From Octopus sinensis (lineage: Eukaryota), in NCBI RefSeq assembly GCF_006345805.1, contig NC_043011.1:55626464-55690463 (forward strand): DNA of 64,000 nucleotides, read 5' to 3'. Below, piece by piece: positions 38,445 through 52,290 of this stretch. The translations under genes and the position numbers were made by a program. The notes beneath the pieces are model-generated. The model searched no databases and had not been told where the DNA came from. It was given only the letters and a program-made list of their open reading frames with translations. The number at the start of each line of letters is the position of its first letter. Position 1 is the first letter of the stretch.

Positions 38445-38941
38445 ACTGTTGAGTGAGAGAAGAGCACATGCCATCAAAGTGACACTGGGGTACAAATATA
38501 TGAAGCCAAATACACCCATCATGACTACCCGACTGATAAGGGTTACACCAGGCACATGCATCACAACCATATGTGTGCAACACAGGAATCTTTTCTTCAG
38601 GTCAAGTAGCCCATCCCACTCAAAAGGTTCCTGTATAAGGTTTGTTTAAGGATGATGAACGAAACACCTATGTTTCCAAAGGTGAATTATTCAAACCCTG
38701 AAGAATTTCTCTCAACACATGGTTATGATGCACCCCCATTCTTCCTGCTTGTGATCAGAGATGCACATATCGTCAGCCAGTAAGGGACATGCTCAACTGG
38801 TTAAGATCAAACAACTGACAAGCAAATCTGTGGTATTGAGTGGAATATTTGCTGTAGCCCATCTTTTATACCAAGACAAAACAATGTACATGATAACACA
38901 TCCAATCAGTTAAGATCAAAAGCAATGAGAGCCACTGCCTG
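38445..38941 (-). mobile_element. Family D interspersed repeat
   Basis: Inverted homolog at 40700-41085. Confidence 0.8.
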
Positions 38942-39850
38942 ATTATTATTATTATTATTATTATGATTATTATTATTATTATTATTATTTTCATTATCCT
39001 CTTCTATCAATTCTGATTCCATTTCTTGCCGAATGTCTTCCTGACACCCAGGGTAGAGAAACGTACTGTATACATCAGTAGGCCATTAAAATAAATATAC
39101 CAGATTGTTCATTTACAAAGTCATGTGATAGAGAAAAGGGGGAAGACAGAGAGAAAAAGGAAAAAATAAAAATAGTAAACAAAGAAAATAAAGGGGAAAA
39201 ATGAGAGAAAATTCACATCGACAATGCTCTTCTCAATACATGTGACATACCAGTTAAGACAACCTTTTGCACTTCCTGCATGGATGGTAAGCCAGGGATC
39301 ATTCTTAAATAATTTCCAGTTCCTTTTTTGATCATTACAATTGCTCCCAGAATCATTGGTATTGTAACCGTCTTGAGATGCCACATCTTTTTGATTTCGA
39401 TGAGCAAATCTTTATATTTTCTGATCTTATCAAATTCCTTTGCCGAGATATTATGGTCACAGGATATGCTCATGTCAATCAATAAACAGACTTTATTGTT
39501 TTGGTCTTTCACAACAATATCTGGTTTGTTTGCCTTGATGATCCGGTCTGTACATACTGGGAAGTCCCAAAGAGTCGTCACATTTTCTCCCTCAGTTACA
39601 GCCTCAGGGTGGTGCTTGTACCATTTGTCAGCAGTTTTGATATTATAATGCTAACACATTATCCAATGTAGATATTGGCCAACACTGTCATGTCTTGATT
39701 TGTACTCTACAGGTGCTAAAACCTTACACTCAAGATTAGGTGGTCCACTGTTTCAATCTCTTCATTGCAGTATTGGCACTTTGGGTTCACACCATTTTTC
39801 ATCACATTGGCTTCATAGTTCTGAGTCAATAAGCTCTGATCTTGAGCAGC
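38942..39850 (-). mobile_element. 5'-truncated R4/Dong-like non-LTR element ending in (TAA)n
   Basis: KCQYC..ETVDH zinc knuckle, YKSRHD, LWDF..TDR.IKANKPDIVV..LIDMS..KYKDL PD-(D/E)xK endonuclease (ORF 39213-39581); Dong elements target TAA repeats. Confidence 0.85.
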
Positions 39851-39894
39851 AGCCGCTGCCACCGTCACCCCCTCCATCATCATTATAATTATTA

Positions 39895-40100
39895 AGGTGG
39901 TAAGGTAGTATAATTATTTGCATGCCAGATAAAATTCTTAGAAGTATTTCATCTGTCTTTGTGTTCTGAGTTCAAATTCCACCAAGGCTGACTTTGCTCT
40001 TCATTCAGGGTTGATAAAGTACCAGTTGAACACTGGTGTCGATGTAATCAACTAACTCTTCCCACAAAATTTCAGGCCTTGTGCCTATAGTAGGAAGGAT
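39895..40100 (+). mobile_element. Diverged family B SINE
   Basis: ttctgagttcaaattccacc..gactttgc..gttgataaagtaccagtt. Confidence 0.7.
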
Positions 40101-40118
40101 TATTATTATCATCCTTAT

Positions 40119-40149
<31 letters not shown>

Positions 40150-40150
<1 letters not shown>

Positions 40151-40527
40151 CTGTTGCTGTTGAGCGAACAGTCTTCGTCCCAGAGCTCGCAAGATGGGAG
40201 AAGTTCGAAATGTGGTCCTTTGCTATTCATAAGACTCGCAGAAGAGAAAGCAGGTCAACCCCTGACACCGAGAGCATCGATGGATGGATGAATGCGCATC
40301 AAGGCTCAGCGGTTGCATAGGAAGTCGGGGACAAGAAACAGGAAGAAAGAGTGAGAGAAAGTTGGAGCAAAAGAGTACAACAGGGGTCGCCACCACCCTC
40401 TGCCGGAACCTCGTGGAGCTTTAGGTTATTTTCGCTCAATAAACACACAACGCCCGGTCTGGGAATCAAAACTACGATCCTCCGACCGCGAGTCCACTGT
40501 CCTAACCATTGGGCCATTGCGCCTCCT
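40150..40527 (-). mobile_element. Family E SINE in a CTG/TTG tract
   Basis: Homologous to 13358-13714. Confidence 0.9.
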
Positions 40528-40699
40528 GCTGCTGTTGTTGTTGTTGTTGTTTTGTTAATATATCATAGTCTCATGACAGTCAAAGTGTTTCTTGCGAAAT
40601 ATAGAGAAGCAAATTTTGCAATCACTGGACATGTCACACATTCACTAACAACTTCCTTCAGCTGTCACATGACTATATTAACATGAACACATGTGGGTT

Positions 40700-41085
40700 C
40701 AGTACCACAGATTTGTTTGTCAATTGCTTGACCTTAATCAGTTGATCATGTCTCTTAGTGGCTGATGATATGTACATCTCTGACCATGAGCAGGAGTAAT
40801 GGGGGGAACATCATAACCATGGGTTGAGAGCGATTGTTTCAGGTTTGAATACGTTACCTCTGGAAATATGGGTGTTTCATTCATCATCCTTAACCAAACC
40901 TTATTCAGGGACCTTTTGTGTAGGATGTGTTACTTGACCTGAAGAAAATTGTAACTGGGCCCCACCTGTAGGGTCATGCACTGTTTATCTTCATATGAAA
41001 TCAGGATGTTGCACATATGGTTGTGATGCATGTGACTGGTGTCCCCTTTTCAGATGTGTTGTCATGAAGCGTATACTGATCCCTC
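40700..41085 (+). mobile_element. Family D repeat
   Basis: Reverse complement of about 38500-38840. Confidence 0.8.
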
Positions 41086-41099
41086 TTATACCTAATCTT

Positions 41100-41345
41100 T
41101 CTCTCAACACATTTATGCTTCGTTGCACACTGGCATTGCTCATCAAGTGGAGCATGCTAGCTTTACTTCTTTCAAGTCTTCACATGTCCTTTGCATTCAC
41201 AGCCCATGTTTCACTGCCATGTAGCACAGCCACTTATACACAAGAATCATACAATTTGACTTTCACTCTAAGAGAAAGGTCTTCTGTTGCCGACAGAGAC
41301 AGTAGGTCTCTGAACTTCCTCCATTTGATCTTTATTCTCGCAGCT
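41100..41345 (-). mobile_element. RTE ORF fragment
   Basis: ARIKIKWRKFRDLL..YDSCV..LHGSETWAVNA..RLERSKASML. Confidence 0.8.
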
Positions 41346-41469
41346 ATTTGAGATCTGATCAAAAAGTATAGAGACTGTTGCTATGGTAACAGAGTTAAAG
41401 TACGCACAGTGAAGCTTGATACAGACTGTCCTTGAACTCTGCTGCACATCGAACATTCTTGTTCACTTC

Positions 41470-41830
41470 CATTGTTTGTAGCAGAGTTTACAAGTGAAAT
41501 CTGTAGAGTGTGGCTGCCTTAAAAGCAAGATTGGGTTTCAGCTGTGACAGATCTCCTTTATTGTGTTGAGGGAGAGAAAAGCTTTTTGAAAATGGTCACA
41601 ACAGATGGCAAATTGTGGGTCTATGGGATATGACCTCAAATCCAAGGCTCAGTCTTTGCAGTGGAAGGTCCCAACAAAATTTCAAGACATCAAGGATATC
41701 CAAGAGAATGTGACAAGAAGGCAGCTGTATGCTATTCCCAAAAAGGAGTTCTAGGAATGCTTCCATCAATGGAATCGATGCTGGATAAAGTGTACAGCTG
41801 CAGAAGGGAACAACTTTGAAGGAGATTAAA
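41470..41830 (+). mobile_element. Internally deleted mariner relic
   Basis: LKMVTTDGKLWVYG.YDLKSKAQSLQWK ... FQDIKDIQENVT ... WIKCTAAEGNNFEGD*. Confidence 0.8.
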
Positions 41831-42049
41831 GGAGGCCAAATTGATGTCTTGTAGTTTTCCTTTTATAGTAGCAGTCTTGAGACATTTTGCTCAGATCTCA
41901 TACTTACAGAACAGCCTGCTCCACTGCTAATTAGGGCATCTAGTTAATCAGAGCTATCCATTACCTCTAAGGATCTTCCAAGGTATTTGAGGAAATGCAT
42001 TTCCTGAGTGTTCTTACTGTTCATTACTCCTATTCATCTGCCACATACA

Positions 42050-43060
42050 AAGACTACTTTCTCTGTTCAGCTTTCTGTGAGTCCCCTGCATGCAATTTCT
42101 ACCCACACCTTTCCTACATATTGAACAGGGTCATTTTCATGTGAGGGATTAATGGTTAGTTTCTTTTCCTACTTACTAGAACTTTGGTATTTACTAAATT
42201 AACCCTAAAGCTCTTTGATTCCAGGTTTTGTTTCCACACCTGGAATTGCTTTCCTAATTATACTTAGAGATTCATCTCTCAGAGTAAGGTCATCAACATA
42301 GAGAAGACCTCATGGGTAACCAGTCTCAAACTCCTGTGTTAAAGCCTGGAAGCCTATGATAAATTTGAGGGGACTTAGAACCAAGATCTGGTGCAGTCCT
42401 ACCTGTGCACAAAATTTGTCACCTTGCTAACAGCAGCCCTGAACATGGCTTGAATGGCTCTCATCTACCATTCCTTTACTTCTAGTTTCTTCAACAATAA
42501 CCAAATCAGAGATGAGAGACTCTATTGAAGGCTTTCTCCGGGTTGGTAAACATCAAGTACAATGGTTTATTTTTGGCTAAATACTTCTGTAATTACCTTA
42601 CTAGGAAGAGAGCAGAATCATTAGCACGCCGGGCGAAATGCTTAGTGGTATTTCGTCTGCGTTACGTTGTGAGTTCAAATTCCGCCGAGGTCGACTTTGC
42701 CTTTCATCCTATCGGGGTCGATAAATTAAGTAGCAGTTAGGCACTGGGGTCGATGTAATCGAGTTAATACCTATGTCTGTCCTTGTTTGTCCCCTCTGTG
42801 TTTAGCCCCTTGTGGGTAATAAAGAAATAGGTAGTGCTTCTCTCTGGCATGAAAAACAAACTGTATCTGATCCAGTCTCAGTTTCTTTCCTAACTAGTTG
42901 GGCTATGACCCTTTCTGTAGCTTTCATTTCTTCGTTTAGCAATTTGATACTTCTGTAATTATTTCTAAGGCATCTCCTTTACCCTTGCAGCAGTTGACTT
43001 TAATGCCACAACACAAGTTGTTGAGTATCGTACCTTCATGTACAACCTGACTTGCTATAT
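42050..43060 (-). mobile_element. Decayed RTE reverse transcriptase, split by a family B SINE
   Basis: KGKGDALRNNYRSIKLL, QKYLAKNKPLYLMF..EKAFNR, LLYVDDL, LESKSFRVNLVNTKVLV. Confidence 0.85.
42608..42830 (+). mobile_element. Family B SINE
   Basis: Near consensus. Confidence 0.9.
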
Positions 43061-43675
43061 CTTATTTGGTGTTTCTTAACTTTTTGATTTGTAGGTCAAC
43101 TACTAACAAAGGAGAGTGTAAGTGTAATGTTACTGGCATAAAACTTACCACCAAAAAAATTATAATATAATAATGTTGTTAATCAATAAAAGAAACTGTT
43201 TGACACACCCAGACCATTCACGTAATAACAAAGGACACCATTGCAGAAAATCTTTATCGTAACACACCCAACTTTAAATGATTAGTTAAAGATTAGGAGG
43301 TGGGATTAAAACAGATAAGCCAAAGATACCAAGACAGATCGGCAAGCTGATAAATAACATTGATTTACTATAGGAAAAGGCACCAATGCATATATTTAAC
43401 AAAGATTTAAAACAGCAAAGTAGCACACCGTCCAGTCCTACTTAGTAAAAACATTGAGCAGGAAAAAAAGTTCATGAGCGAGTGTGTGCATGTGTATTAT
43501 ATACACATGTATATATGTGTATATAATAGGTATATATGTATGCATGCAAGCATGCATATAAATACATATATATATGAATACACATATGTATAAGCATATG
43601 TATATATATATATATAAATATATGTATAGTTTTGCTCAAGTTCTTTTCAAGAGAGTTTGAGCAAATTGCTAACGA

Positions 43676-43905
43676 AGGCAGTGAGCTGGCAGAGACGTTA
43701 GTGCGCCGGGCGAAATGCTTAGCGGTATTTCGTCTGTCGTTACGTTGAGTTCAAATTCCGCCGAGGTCGACTTTGCCTTTCATCCTTTCGGGGTTGATAA
43801 ATTAAGTACCAGTTTTGCACTGGGGGCGATGTAATCGACTTAATCCCTTTGTCTGTCCTTGTTTGTCCCCTCTATGTTTAGCCCCTTGTGGGTAGTACAG
43901 AAATA
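43676..43905 (+). mobile_element. Family B SINE
   Basis: Near consensus. Confidence 0.9.
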
Positions 43906-44334
43906 TATATACACATACACCTTATATCAAATTATACATATATGTATGTGTGTGTGTGTGTGCGTGTGTGTGTAGGGGACGATAAAAATACTGATGCAAT
44001 AGAACCCCCATCAAATCCATATTCTCTTATTCTCTTTTATTCTCTTACTTGTTTCAGTCGTTTGACTGCGGCCATGCTGGAGCACCAAATAAATACATCT
44101 CCACATTCAGTCACCAAACAAATAAATTCATCAAAGAAATAAATCAGAAAAATCATCTGAGGAACTTTTATACAGATTTTAGAAGGGACAGAGAGAAAAG
44201 GTGTGTGTCTCTCCATATTAGACGTAGAAAGTTTGTTCACCAAAGTCCCAGAGACAGAAACAATGGAAACCACAACAGAAAATGTGTAATAACACCCCAC
44301 CCCACCCCCAATTAAACCACCAATGATACGTCTT

Positions 44335-44965
44335 TCATCTTTGACTTGTTCCAGTCATTGAACCGTGGCCATCCTGGAGCACCTCCTTCAAGGACTTGCT
44401 TGAAAAAAACAGACCCCAATATTTATATTTTTAACCCTTTTATTACCAACCCAGCTGAAACTGGCTCTGGCTCTAAGTACTGACATCTTGTTTCTATAAG
44501 TTTTGAATTAAAATCTCCTGCCAAACTTTAGTCACAATTTATGTTCCTAACACTAGCTGAAGGATAACTAAGGCATTTCACTAAATTCTTTGTTATATTT
44601 AAAATTAATTGAAAGAAACACAGAGCATCTCAAAATAAATACAGTAATGAAAGGGTTAAGCCTGATACTCATTCTATAGTTCACTTTTCATTGAACTGCT
44701 AAGTTATGGGATGTAAACAAACCAACACAAGTTGTCAAGTAGTAGTTGTGGTAGTAGGACAAACACAAACATAAAGGCACACATGCATACACACACACAC
44801 ACATGTATATACAAGAGGCTTCTTTCAGTTTCCGCCTACCAAATCCATTCATGAGGCTTTGGTTGATCTGGGGCTATAGTAGAAGATACTTGTCCAAGGT
44901 GCCATGCAGAAGGACTGAACTTTGAGCCATGCGGTTGGAAAGCACATCCACACAGCTGTGCCTGC
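44335..44965 (-). mobile_element. Family C SINE containing a nested MITE
   Basis: C consensus on both sides of 44431-44659. Confidence 0.8.
44435..44655. mobile_element. piggyBac-like MITE
   Basis: TTAA|CCCTTT...AAAGGG|TTAA. Confidence 0.85.
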
Positions 44966-45149
44966 CCCTCTGGGTTATTCTGGTTTACTGCAATCAGCCA
45001 TAAACGCCAGTGACACAAGAGAGAGGCTGAACACCAACTGCACTTTGTCATTTTTTTTCATACAACTTTACACATACATACATTCATAAAAAGTCATATT
45101 GCTTTGTTAGCAATTTGCTCAAACTCTCTTGAAAAGAACTTGAGAAAAA

Positions 45150-45531
45150 CTAGTAGGGTGCCAAGAGCACCATCTGAGCGTGATCGTTGCCAGAGTGGCT
45201 AACTGGCTTCCATGCCAGTGGCATGTAGGAGGCACTATTCAAACGGGATCGTTACCAGTATTGCCTTACTGGCACCTGTGCTATTGGCATGTGTAAAAAA
45301 AAAAATTCGAGTGAGGTCGTTGCCAGTACTGCCTGACTGGCCCCCGTGCCGGTGACACGTAAAAAGCACCCACTACACTCTCGGAGTGGTTGGCGTTAGG
45401 AAGGGCATCCAGCTGTAGAAATTCTGCCAGATCAAGACTGGAGCCTGGTGCAGCCATCTGGTTCGCCAGCCCACAGTCAAACTGTCCCACCCATGTTAGC
45501 ATGGAAAGCGGATGTTAAACGATAATGATGA
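45150..45531 (+). mobile_element. Family A copy
   Basis: Family consensus. Confidence 0.9.
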
Positions 45532-46442
45532 TATATACATATATTTATACATATATGTATTCATATATATATTTTTTCTCTCCTTGCTTTCTGTGTCCCT
45601 TTCTGTAGAAGAGCGGTATACTAATACATCTGTTTGTTTTGTACACCACCTGTCTTCGTCTTTTGTTGTTTTTTTCATAAACTCTCCCTATTCATATATA
45701 TATGTATTTATATGCATGCTTGCATGCATACATATATACATACATGCACCGAAAATTTGTAGGTGGAGGAGAATAAACTTTTAAAAAATTGAATTGTTAG
45801 GCCGTAAGTAACAAAATCTAGAGAGAATGGAAACAGACTAATGATAATAAAACTGGGTGTATAAATGCGTTACAACAAACACAAACTATTTTTTAAAGCA
45901 AAATAAGTTATTGGGGCATATAACCATTGTGTTTTTAGTTTTTGAAATTCACTTAAGTTTCTGTGAAGTGACTTTACAGGGTCTAACCTGAAATTTGTGG
46001 ATGTACATAATTTACTTAAGTGAGAAACCAGAATTTCCATAACATGGGAATTGCTTGCAATTTTTATCTTTTCAATTTAGATTTGTTGTATTTTCTTATC
46101 AGGTTTTCTTTTTTTGTATTTAGTTTGAGTCAATAAATTTCCTATAATCCATATTCAAAATTTCCAGATTTTCAGTTTCATTTTCAAGAACTGAAATAGA
46201 TTTGCCATTTGCATTGTTTCTTGTATACTGGTCGAATTCTCGTAGACAAATATAATACAAAAGTTCATTATTTACACAGAGACAAAAACAAATTCACGAA
46301 AATCAAGAAAAATAACATCAAACTAAAATTAAAATTAAACACATTAATTACGGCAGCAAATGCACGTATAGGATTATCTTACCTTCCACTGAAGGACAAT
46401 TCTCTCTACACTTTACACACACACACACACATACATATATAT

Positions 46443-46763
46443 ATCATCATCATCATCATCATGATCGTTTAACGTCCGCTTTCCATGCTAGCATGGGTTG
46501 GATGAATGACTGAGGGCTGGCGAACCAGATGGCAGCACCAGGCTTCAATCTTGATCTGGCAGAGTTTCTACAGCTGGATGCCCTTCCTAACGCCAACCAC
46601 TCCAAGAGTGTAGTGGGTGCTTTTACGTGCCACTGGCACGGGGACCAGTCAGGCGGTACTGGCAGCGACCTCGCTCGAATCTTTTACACATGCCACCAGC
46701 ACAGGTGCCAGTAAGGCGATGCTGGTAATGATCACGCTTGAATGGTGTCTTTTACGTGCCACC
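46443..46763 (-). mobile_element. Family A copy
   Basis: Family consensus. Confidence 0.9.
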
Positions 46764-46764
46764 A

Positions 46765-47710
46765 TATATATGGGTGTGAAAGCAAGGTCTAGAATCAAAG
46801 GGCCTTAAAGTTAATCTATCAAAAACCAAAGTCTTAGTAAGTAGGAAAGCAGAAAAATCACAAATCCCTTCAGGTAGATGGCCCTGCTCAATCTGTAGAA
46901 AAGGTGTCGGTAGTAAGTCCATAAGATGTAGCTGGTGTAAGCTATTACATAAGAGGTGCAGTAATATCAGAGGAAGGTTAACAGGGAAACTGGTTTTTGT
47001 GTGTGGAAGGTGCACAGGTACAATACACACCAAAGATGTACAGAAAATAGACTCCATCAAAAGTTGTTGACAGCTTCCATTACCTAGGTGACCAAGTCAG
47101 TAGTGGAGGTCGATTCTCCAAGAGCGTAGCTGCTAGAATAAGAATAGGCTGGGCAAAGTTCAGAGAGCTCCTACCTCTGTAGGACGTAATAAAAGGGCCT
47201 CTCCCTTAAATTGAAAGGCAGATTGTATGATGCCTGTGTGTGAACAGCTATGCTACATGGCAGTGAAACATGGATTGTGACTGCTGAGGACATGCGAAGG
47301 CTTGAAAGAAATGAAGCCAGTATGTTTCGCTGGATGTGCAATGTCAGTGTGCCTGTTTGACAGAGTGTAAGCATCTTGAGAGGAAAGTTGGGCATAAGAG
47401 GCATCAGATGTGGAGGGCAAGAGAGACGACTGTGCTAGTTTGATCATGTGATGTGTATGGATAAGGAAAGCTGTGTAAAGAAGTGCTGATCTCTAACTGT
47501 GGAGGGAACCTCTGGAAGAGAGAGACCGAGGAAGACATGGGATGAGGTGGTGAAGCATGATCTTCGAATATTGGGTCTCACAGAAGCAATGACTGGTGAC
47601 GGGGGTCTTTAGCGAGATGTTGTGCTTGGAAGACCTGCCAAGCCAAGTGAAATCATAGTCGTGGCTGTTGTTGGTGTCATGTAACTGGCACCTGTGCCAG
47701 TGGCATCCCT
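46765..47710 (+). mobile_element. RTE LINE 3' half (pseudogenised RT C-terminus with PHD-like finger)
   Basis: KQGLESKGLKVNLSKTKVLV..WPCSICRKGVG..VVDSFHYLGD..ARIRIGWAKFRELLP..LHGSETW..GRERPRKTWDEVVKHDL. Confidence 0.9.
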
Positions 47711-48645
47711 GCTTTTATCCTCAGCACCCTCTCATATCTGTCATCACACCCCACTCACTACAGCCACCCTTATATACTGCTACATCTCCCTTATTTCCAC
47801 TCCTTCCCTTTTGCACATTACCCCCACTCTTACCTTCTGGTCTCTTTCCCCCCTGAGCTGCTTCTACCTCTCACCATACCCCTTTTCCCTACAAACATTT
47901 CCCTCCATCCCACTCTCTAACCATCTACTACCCTCCCCCCCACACTTATGAAAGTACTCCCTTCCCTTCTACCCTACCCTGACCCACTGTCTGTACCCTC
48001 TCTTATATTCACCTTCCTGTTTCCTGAGAGTATGCTCTGGCCCTGAATCTTTATCCCTATTTCTTTACTACCCACAAGGAGCTAAACATAGACGTGACAA
48101 ACAAGGACAGACATAGGTATTAAGTCGATTACATTGACCCCAGTGCGTAAATGGTACTTAATTTATCGACCCCAAAAGGATGAAAGGCAAAGTCGACCTC
48201 GGCAGAATTTGAACTCAGAACGTAACAGCAGACGAAATACGGCTAAGCATTTCGCCCAGCCTGTTAACGTTTCTGCCTGCTTACCTGCATCTTTATCCCT
48301 TCCCAACAACTCCCAAGCCATGTATCCCCTCTCTAGCAACACACCTATGCTGGCCCCTTCACCGTACTTGGCCATCTCATGTGGCCACTTCTCCTCACCT
48401 TTGAATAGTCCTCATAACCCAGTCATGGCAGCATTTTTTGCTCTTCTTTCTCTCTGTCTTTTAAAGTTACTCGGTCACCTCACTCATGCTGGTGCCATAA
48501 AAAAAATGCACCCTGTGCACTCTGTTGTAAAGTGGTTGGCATTAAGAAGCTGTAGAAGCCAGGCCAAAGCTGACACCTGAGCTTGGCAAAGCTCTGTAGT
48601 TTGCTGTATTCTGTCAAAGCATGGTAAATATACATTAAATGATGG

Positions 48646-48690
<45 letters not shown>
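47710..48690 (+). mobile_element. Family I copy (C/T-rich body plus RTE tail) with nested family B SINE
   Basis: Ends acattaaatgatggtgatgatg. Confidence 0.55.
48058..48282 (-). mobile_element. Family B SINE
   Basis: Near consensus; atctttatccct on both sides. Confidence 0.9.
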
Positions 48691-48691
<1 letters not shown>

Positions 48692-48854
48692 CAGAGTCAA
48701 AGACTATTGAAAAGGTTGCAAGACACAACAAAAATTTTAGAAAAATAAATAAGTAAATGAGTGAAAACTTTACCGGTGAGTGTGTTAAATAGTAAGGCAT
48801 TAAAAGAGAATGACTCCCCAGACACAACAATATGTGTATGTGTGTATATACAGA

Positions 48855-49535
<681 letters not shown>

Positions 49536-50092
49536 TATAAATATGTAAATATAAAAACCAACACCCATCTTTATTGTGGGTGGATTGAAATCTACAGAAG
49601 GCTTTGCTTTGTCATAAAATTATTAATGTACAATAAATACGTTTGTATGTGTTCAGAGTTTCTGTGAGGGGAAAGAGAGAAAAGAAGAGATAGACAAACA
49701 GATAGACAGACTGGCTGACTGACTGATAGATAGATAGATATAAATATACATACGCACACACGTGCACGCGGGCACACACACCACAGAAATATATATATAT
49801 AAGAAAATGGAGGAACAAATTCATTTCAATCATCAACTTATAGATATTACAATTTCATATTATTTATTAATTATATAAATAGGAACATGAAAATCGAACA
49901 AAATAATATACCTCAATATGCAAATTAATAATACCATAAGAATAATACAAATAACCCATCCGATACAACAAATGAATTAATTGCATTGCAATTATAAGCA
50001 TTTATGTATTTAGTATTTGGGTGCTTCACCAGTAGTATATTGGATAACTGATATCCCATTGTGGGTTACCCTCATAACCCCTATCTTACTTT

Positions 50093-50136
<44 letters not shown>

Positions 50137-50645
50137 ATATATATAATAATAAATATTAGGGAATAAATCTAAATTTACAAGGAAAAATCAGATTTAAGAT
50201 TGAATCCAATTTTATAATAATTTATATAAATTATTTTATATTTTATGTATTGGCTTAAGTCTTTCTTTGTTTGATTTACATAATAGTGGTTTTGTCTCTA
50301 ATTTATTATAATATATATATATATATATTGACACCTTTTCCTTTACCAATTACATATGCCTTCCAGTAATTTTTTTAGTTTCTGTAAGCTTTAAGCCAAT
50401 CAGACATTTATCTCTCCCGGATTATTGTAATGCTTTTAGAAATTGGTTAACATAGGGTTCACTGAGAATGGTATCGGCAGTGGACCTTACGTGTTGTCCA
50501 TCATGGGAGATTCATCTCTCTTATGAGACCCTACCTAATCCCCATGTCTTTTGCTATTGAAGCTTTCTACCACAGATCTGTGTCCCTAATGAGAGAAAGA
50601 GATTCAACATTCCTGCTTGCATTGCAAGAAATATCAGACACGTTT

Positions 50646-51034
50646 GCTAGTAGGGTGCCAAAAGCACCATCCGAGCATGATCGTTGCCAGAGCAACTAAC
50701 TGGCTTCCGTGCCAGTGGCACGTAAAAGGACACCATTCGAGCGTGATCGTTACCAACGTTGCTTCACTGGCACCTGTGCTGGTGGCATGTGTAAAAAGAT
50801 TCGAGCGAGGTCGTTGCCAGTACCACCTGACTGGCCCCCGTGCCGGTGGCACATAAAAAGCACCCTCTACACTCTCGGAGTGGTTGGCGTTAGGAAGGGC
50901 ATCCAGCTGTAGAAACTCTGCCAAATCAAGATTGGAGCCTATGCAGCCATCTGGTTCGCCAGCCCTGTCAAAATCGTCCAACACATGCTAGCATGGAAAG
51001 CAGACGTTAAACGATGATGATGATGATGATGATG
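50646..51034 (+). mobile_element. Family A copy
   Basis: Family consensus. Confidence 0.9.
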
Positions 51035-51340
51035 TTTCCCTCAAATCGCATCCCGCCTCCAGGAATGTGGAATGGACACGCCAGAGAGTATATTCCTAGA
51101 GATACACTTTAGAACAGTGGGCCGGGCGTGCTCGGAATGCTTTTGATCATAGAGCTGCTCTTTGAGGTTTAGCCTTGGGCTAAACGACAACAACAACAAC
51201 AACAGCAGCCATGTGTTAAGAGTTCTCTCTGATTCCTAGAGACAGTTATTCAGCCCTCCCCTCACACACATACTGAAACACACAAACAAACATAATACAC
51301 AGGACTGATAATAAGAACATTAATTGCACATGATTTGTAA

Positions 51341-51370
51341 TGTAGTAGTAGTAGCAGCAGCAGCAACAGC

Positions 51371-51405
<35 letters not shown>

Positions 51406-51482
51406 CAGTAGTAGTAGCAGTAGTAATAGTAGTAGCAGTAGTAGTAGTAGTGGCAGTAGCAGTAGTAGTAGTGGTGGTGGTG

Positions 51483-51536
<54 letters not shown>

Positions 51537-51537
51537 A
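51341..51537. repeat. (GTA)n/(GCA)/(GTG) trinucleotide tract
   Basis: Seen directly; abuts a CR1 3' end. Confidence 0.95.
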
Positions 51538-52290
51538 TGAGTTTATTGTATACAGTGCTCAGGTTCACCACACGATATCAAAAAAAAGAGTGAAAGCGGG
51601 GACCTACTGCAGCAATCAGTGAAGTACAGAAAGAAAGCGACGAAGACTTGAAGTACTTGCAGAGTACATGGAATAAAATGAAAAAGCAAAAAACAAAAAC
51701 TCAGAAAAGTGACCATTAATCAAACCAAGAAGAGGAGAGGGTGGATGAGCATATATTCTTTACTCTCTTTTACTTGTTTCAGTCATTTGACTGCGGCCAT
51801 GCTGGAGCACCACCTTTAATCGAGCAACTTGACCCCGGGACTTGTTCTTTGTAAGCCCAGTACTTATTCTATCGGTCTCTTTTGCCGAACCGCTAAGTGG
51901 CTGGGACATAAACACACCAGCATCGGTTGTCAAGCAATGCTAGGGGGACAAACACAGACACACAAACATACACGCACATATATATATATATATATATACA
52001 TATATACGACGGGCTTCTTTCAGTTTCCGTCTACCAAATCCACTCACAAGGCTTTGGTTGGCCCGAGGTTATAGTAGAAGACACTTGCCCAAGGTACCAC
52101 GCAGTGGGACTGAACCCAGAACCATGTAGTTCGTAAGCAAGCTACTTACCACACAGTCACTCCAATCAGGAATATTTTTGGGGAATTTCAGGAAGCATGG
52201 AATTTTTGAAGGATGCAATGTTCTGGCAGTTAACAATGGACATGAGCAGTTGATTCCATGCTTTGACAATTCTGAGCATGAAGGACATGA
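51537..52290 (-). mobile_element. CR1-like LINE 3' end split by a family C SINE
   Basis: FMLRIVKAWNQL..IASFKNSMLPEI; shares tattgtatacagtgctcagg with 60957. Confidence 0.75.
51755..52165 (-). mobile_element. Family C SINE (young)
   Basis: Near consensus, (AAAGAGT)-type tail. Confidence 0.9.

Larger units (their letters stand above)
43530..45739. repeat. Large interrupted inverted repeat
   Basis: 43530-43580 is the exact reverse complement of 45689-45739 (51/51); 43627-43677 matches the reverse complement of 45102-45152 with 2 mismatches. Confidence 0.85.

Noticed and set aside
51320-51593. Poly-Thr and poly-Val ORFs (mucin-like)
   Set aside because: Trinucleotide tract at a CR1 tail with no coding context.
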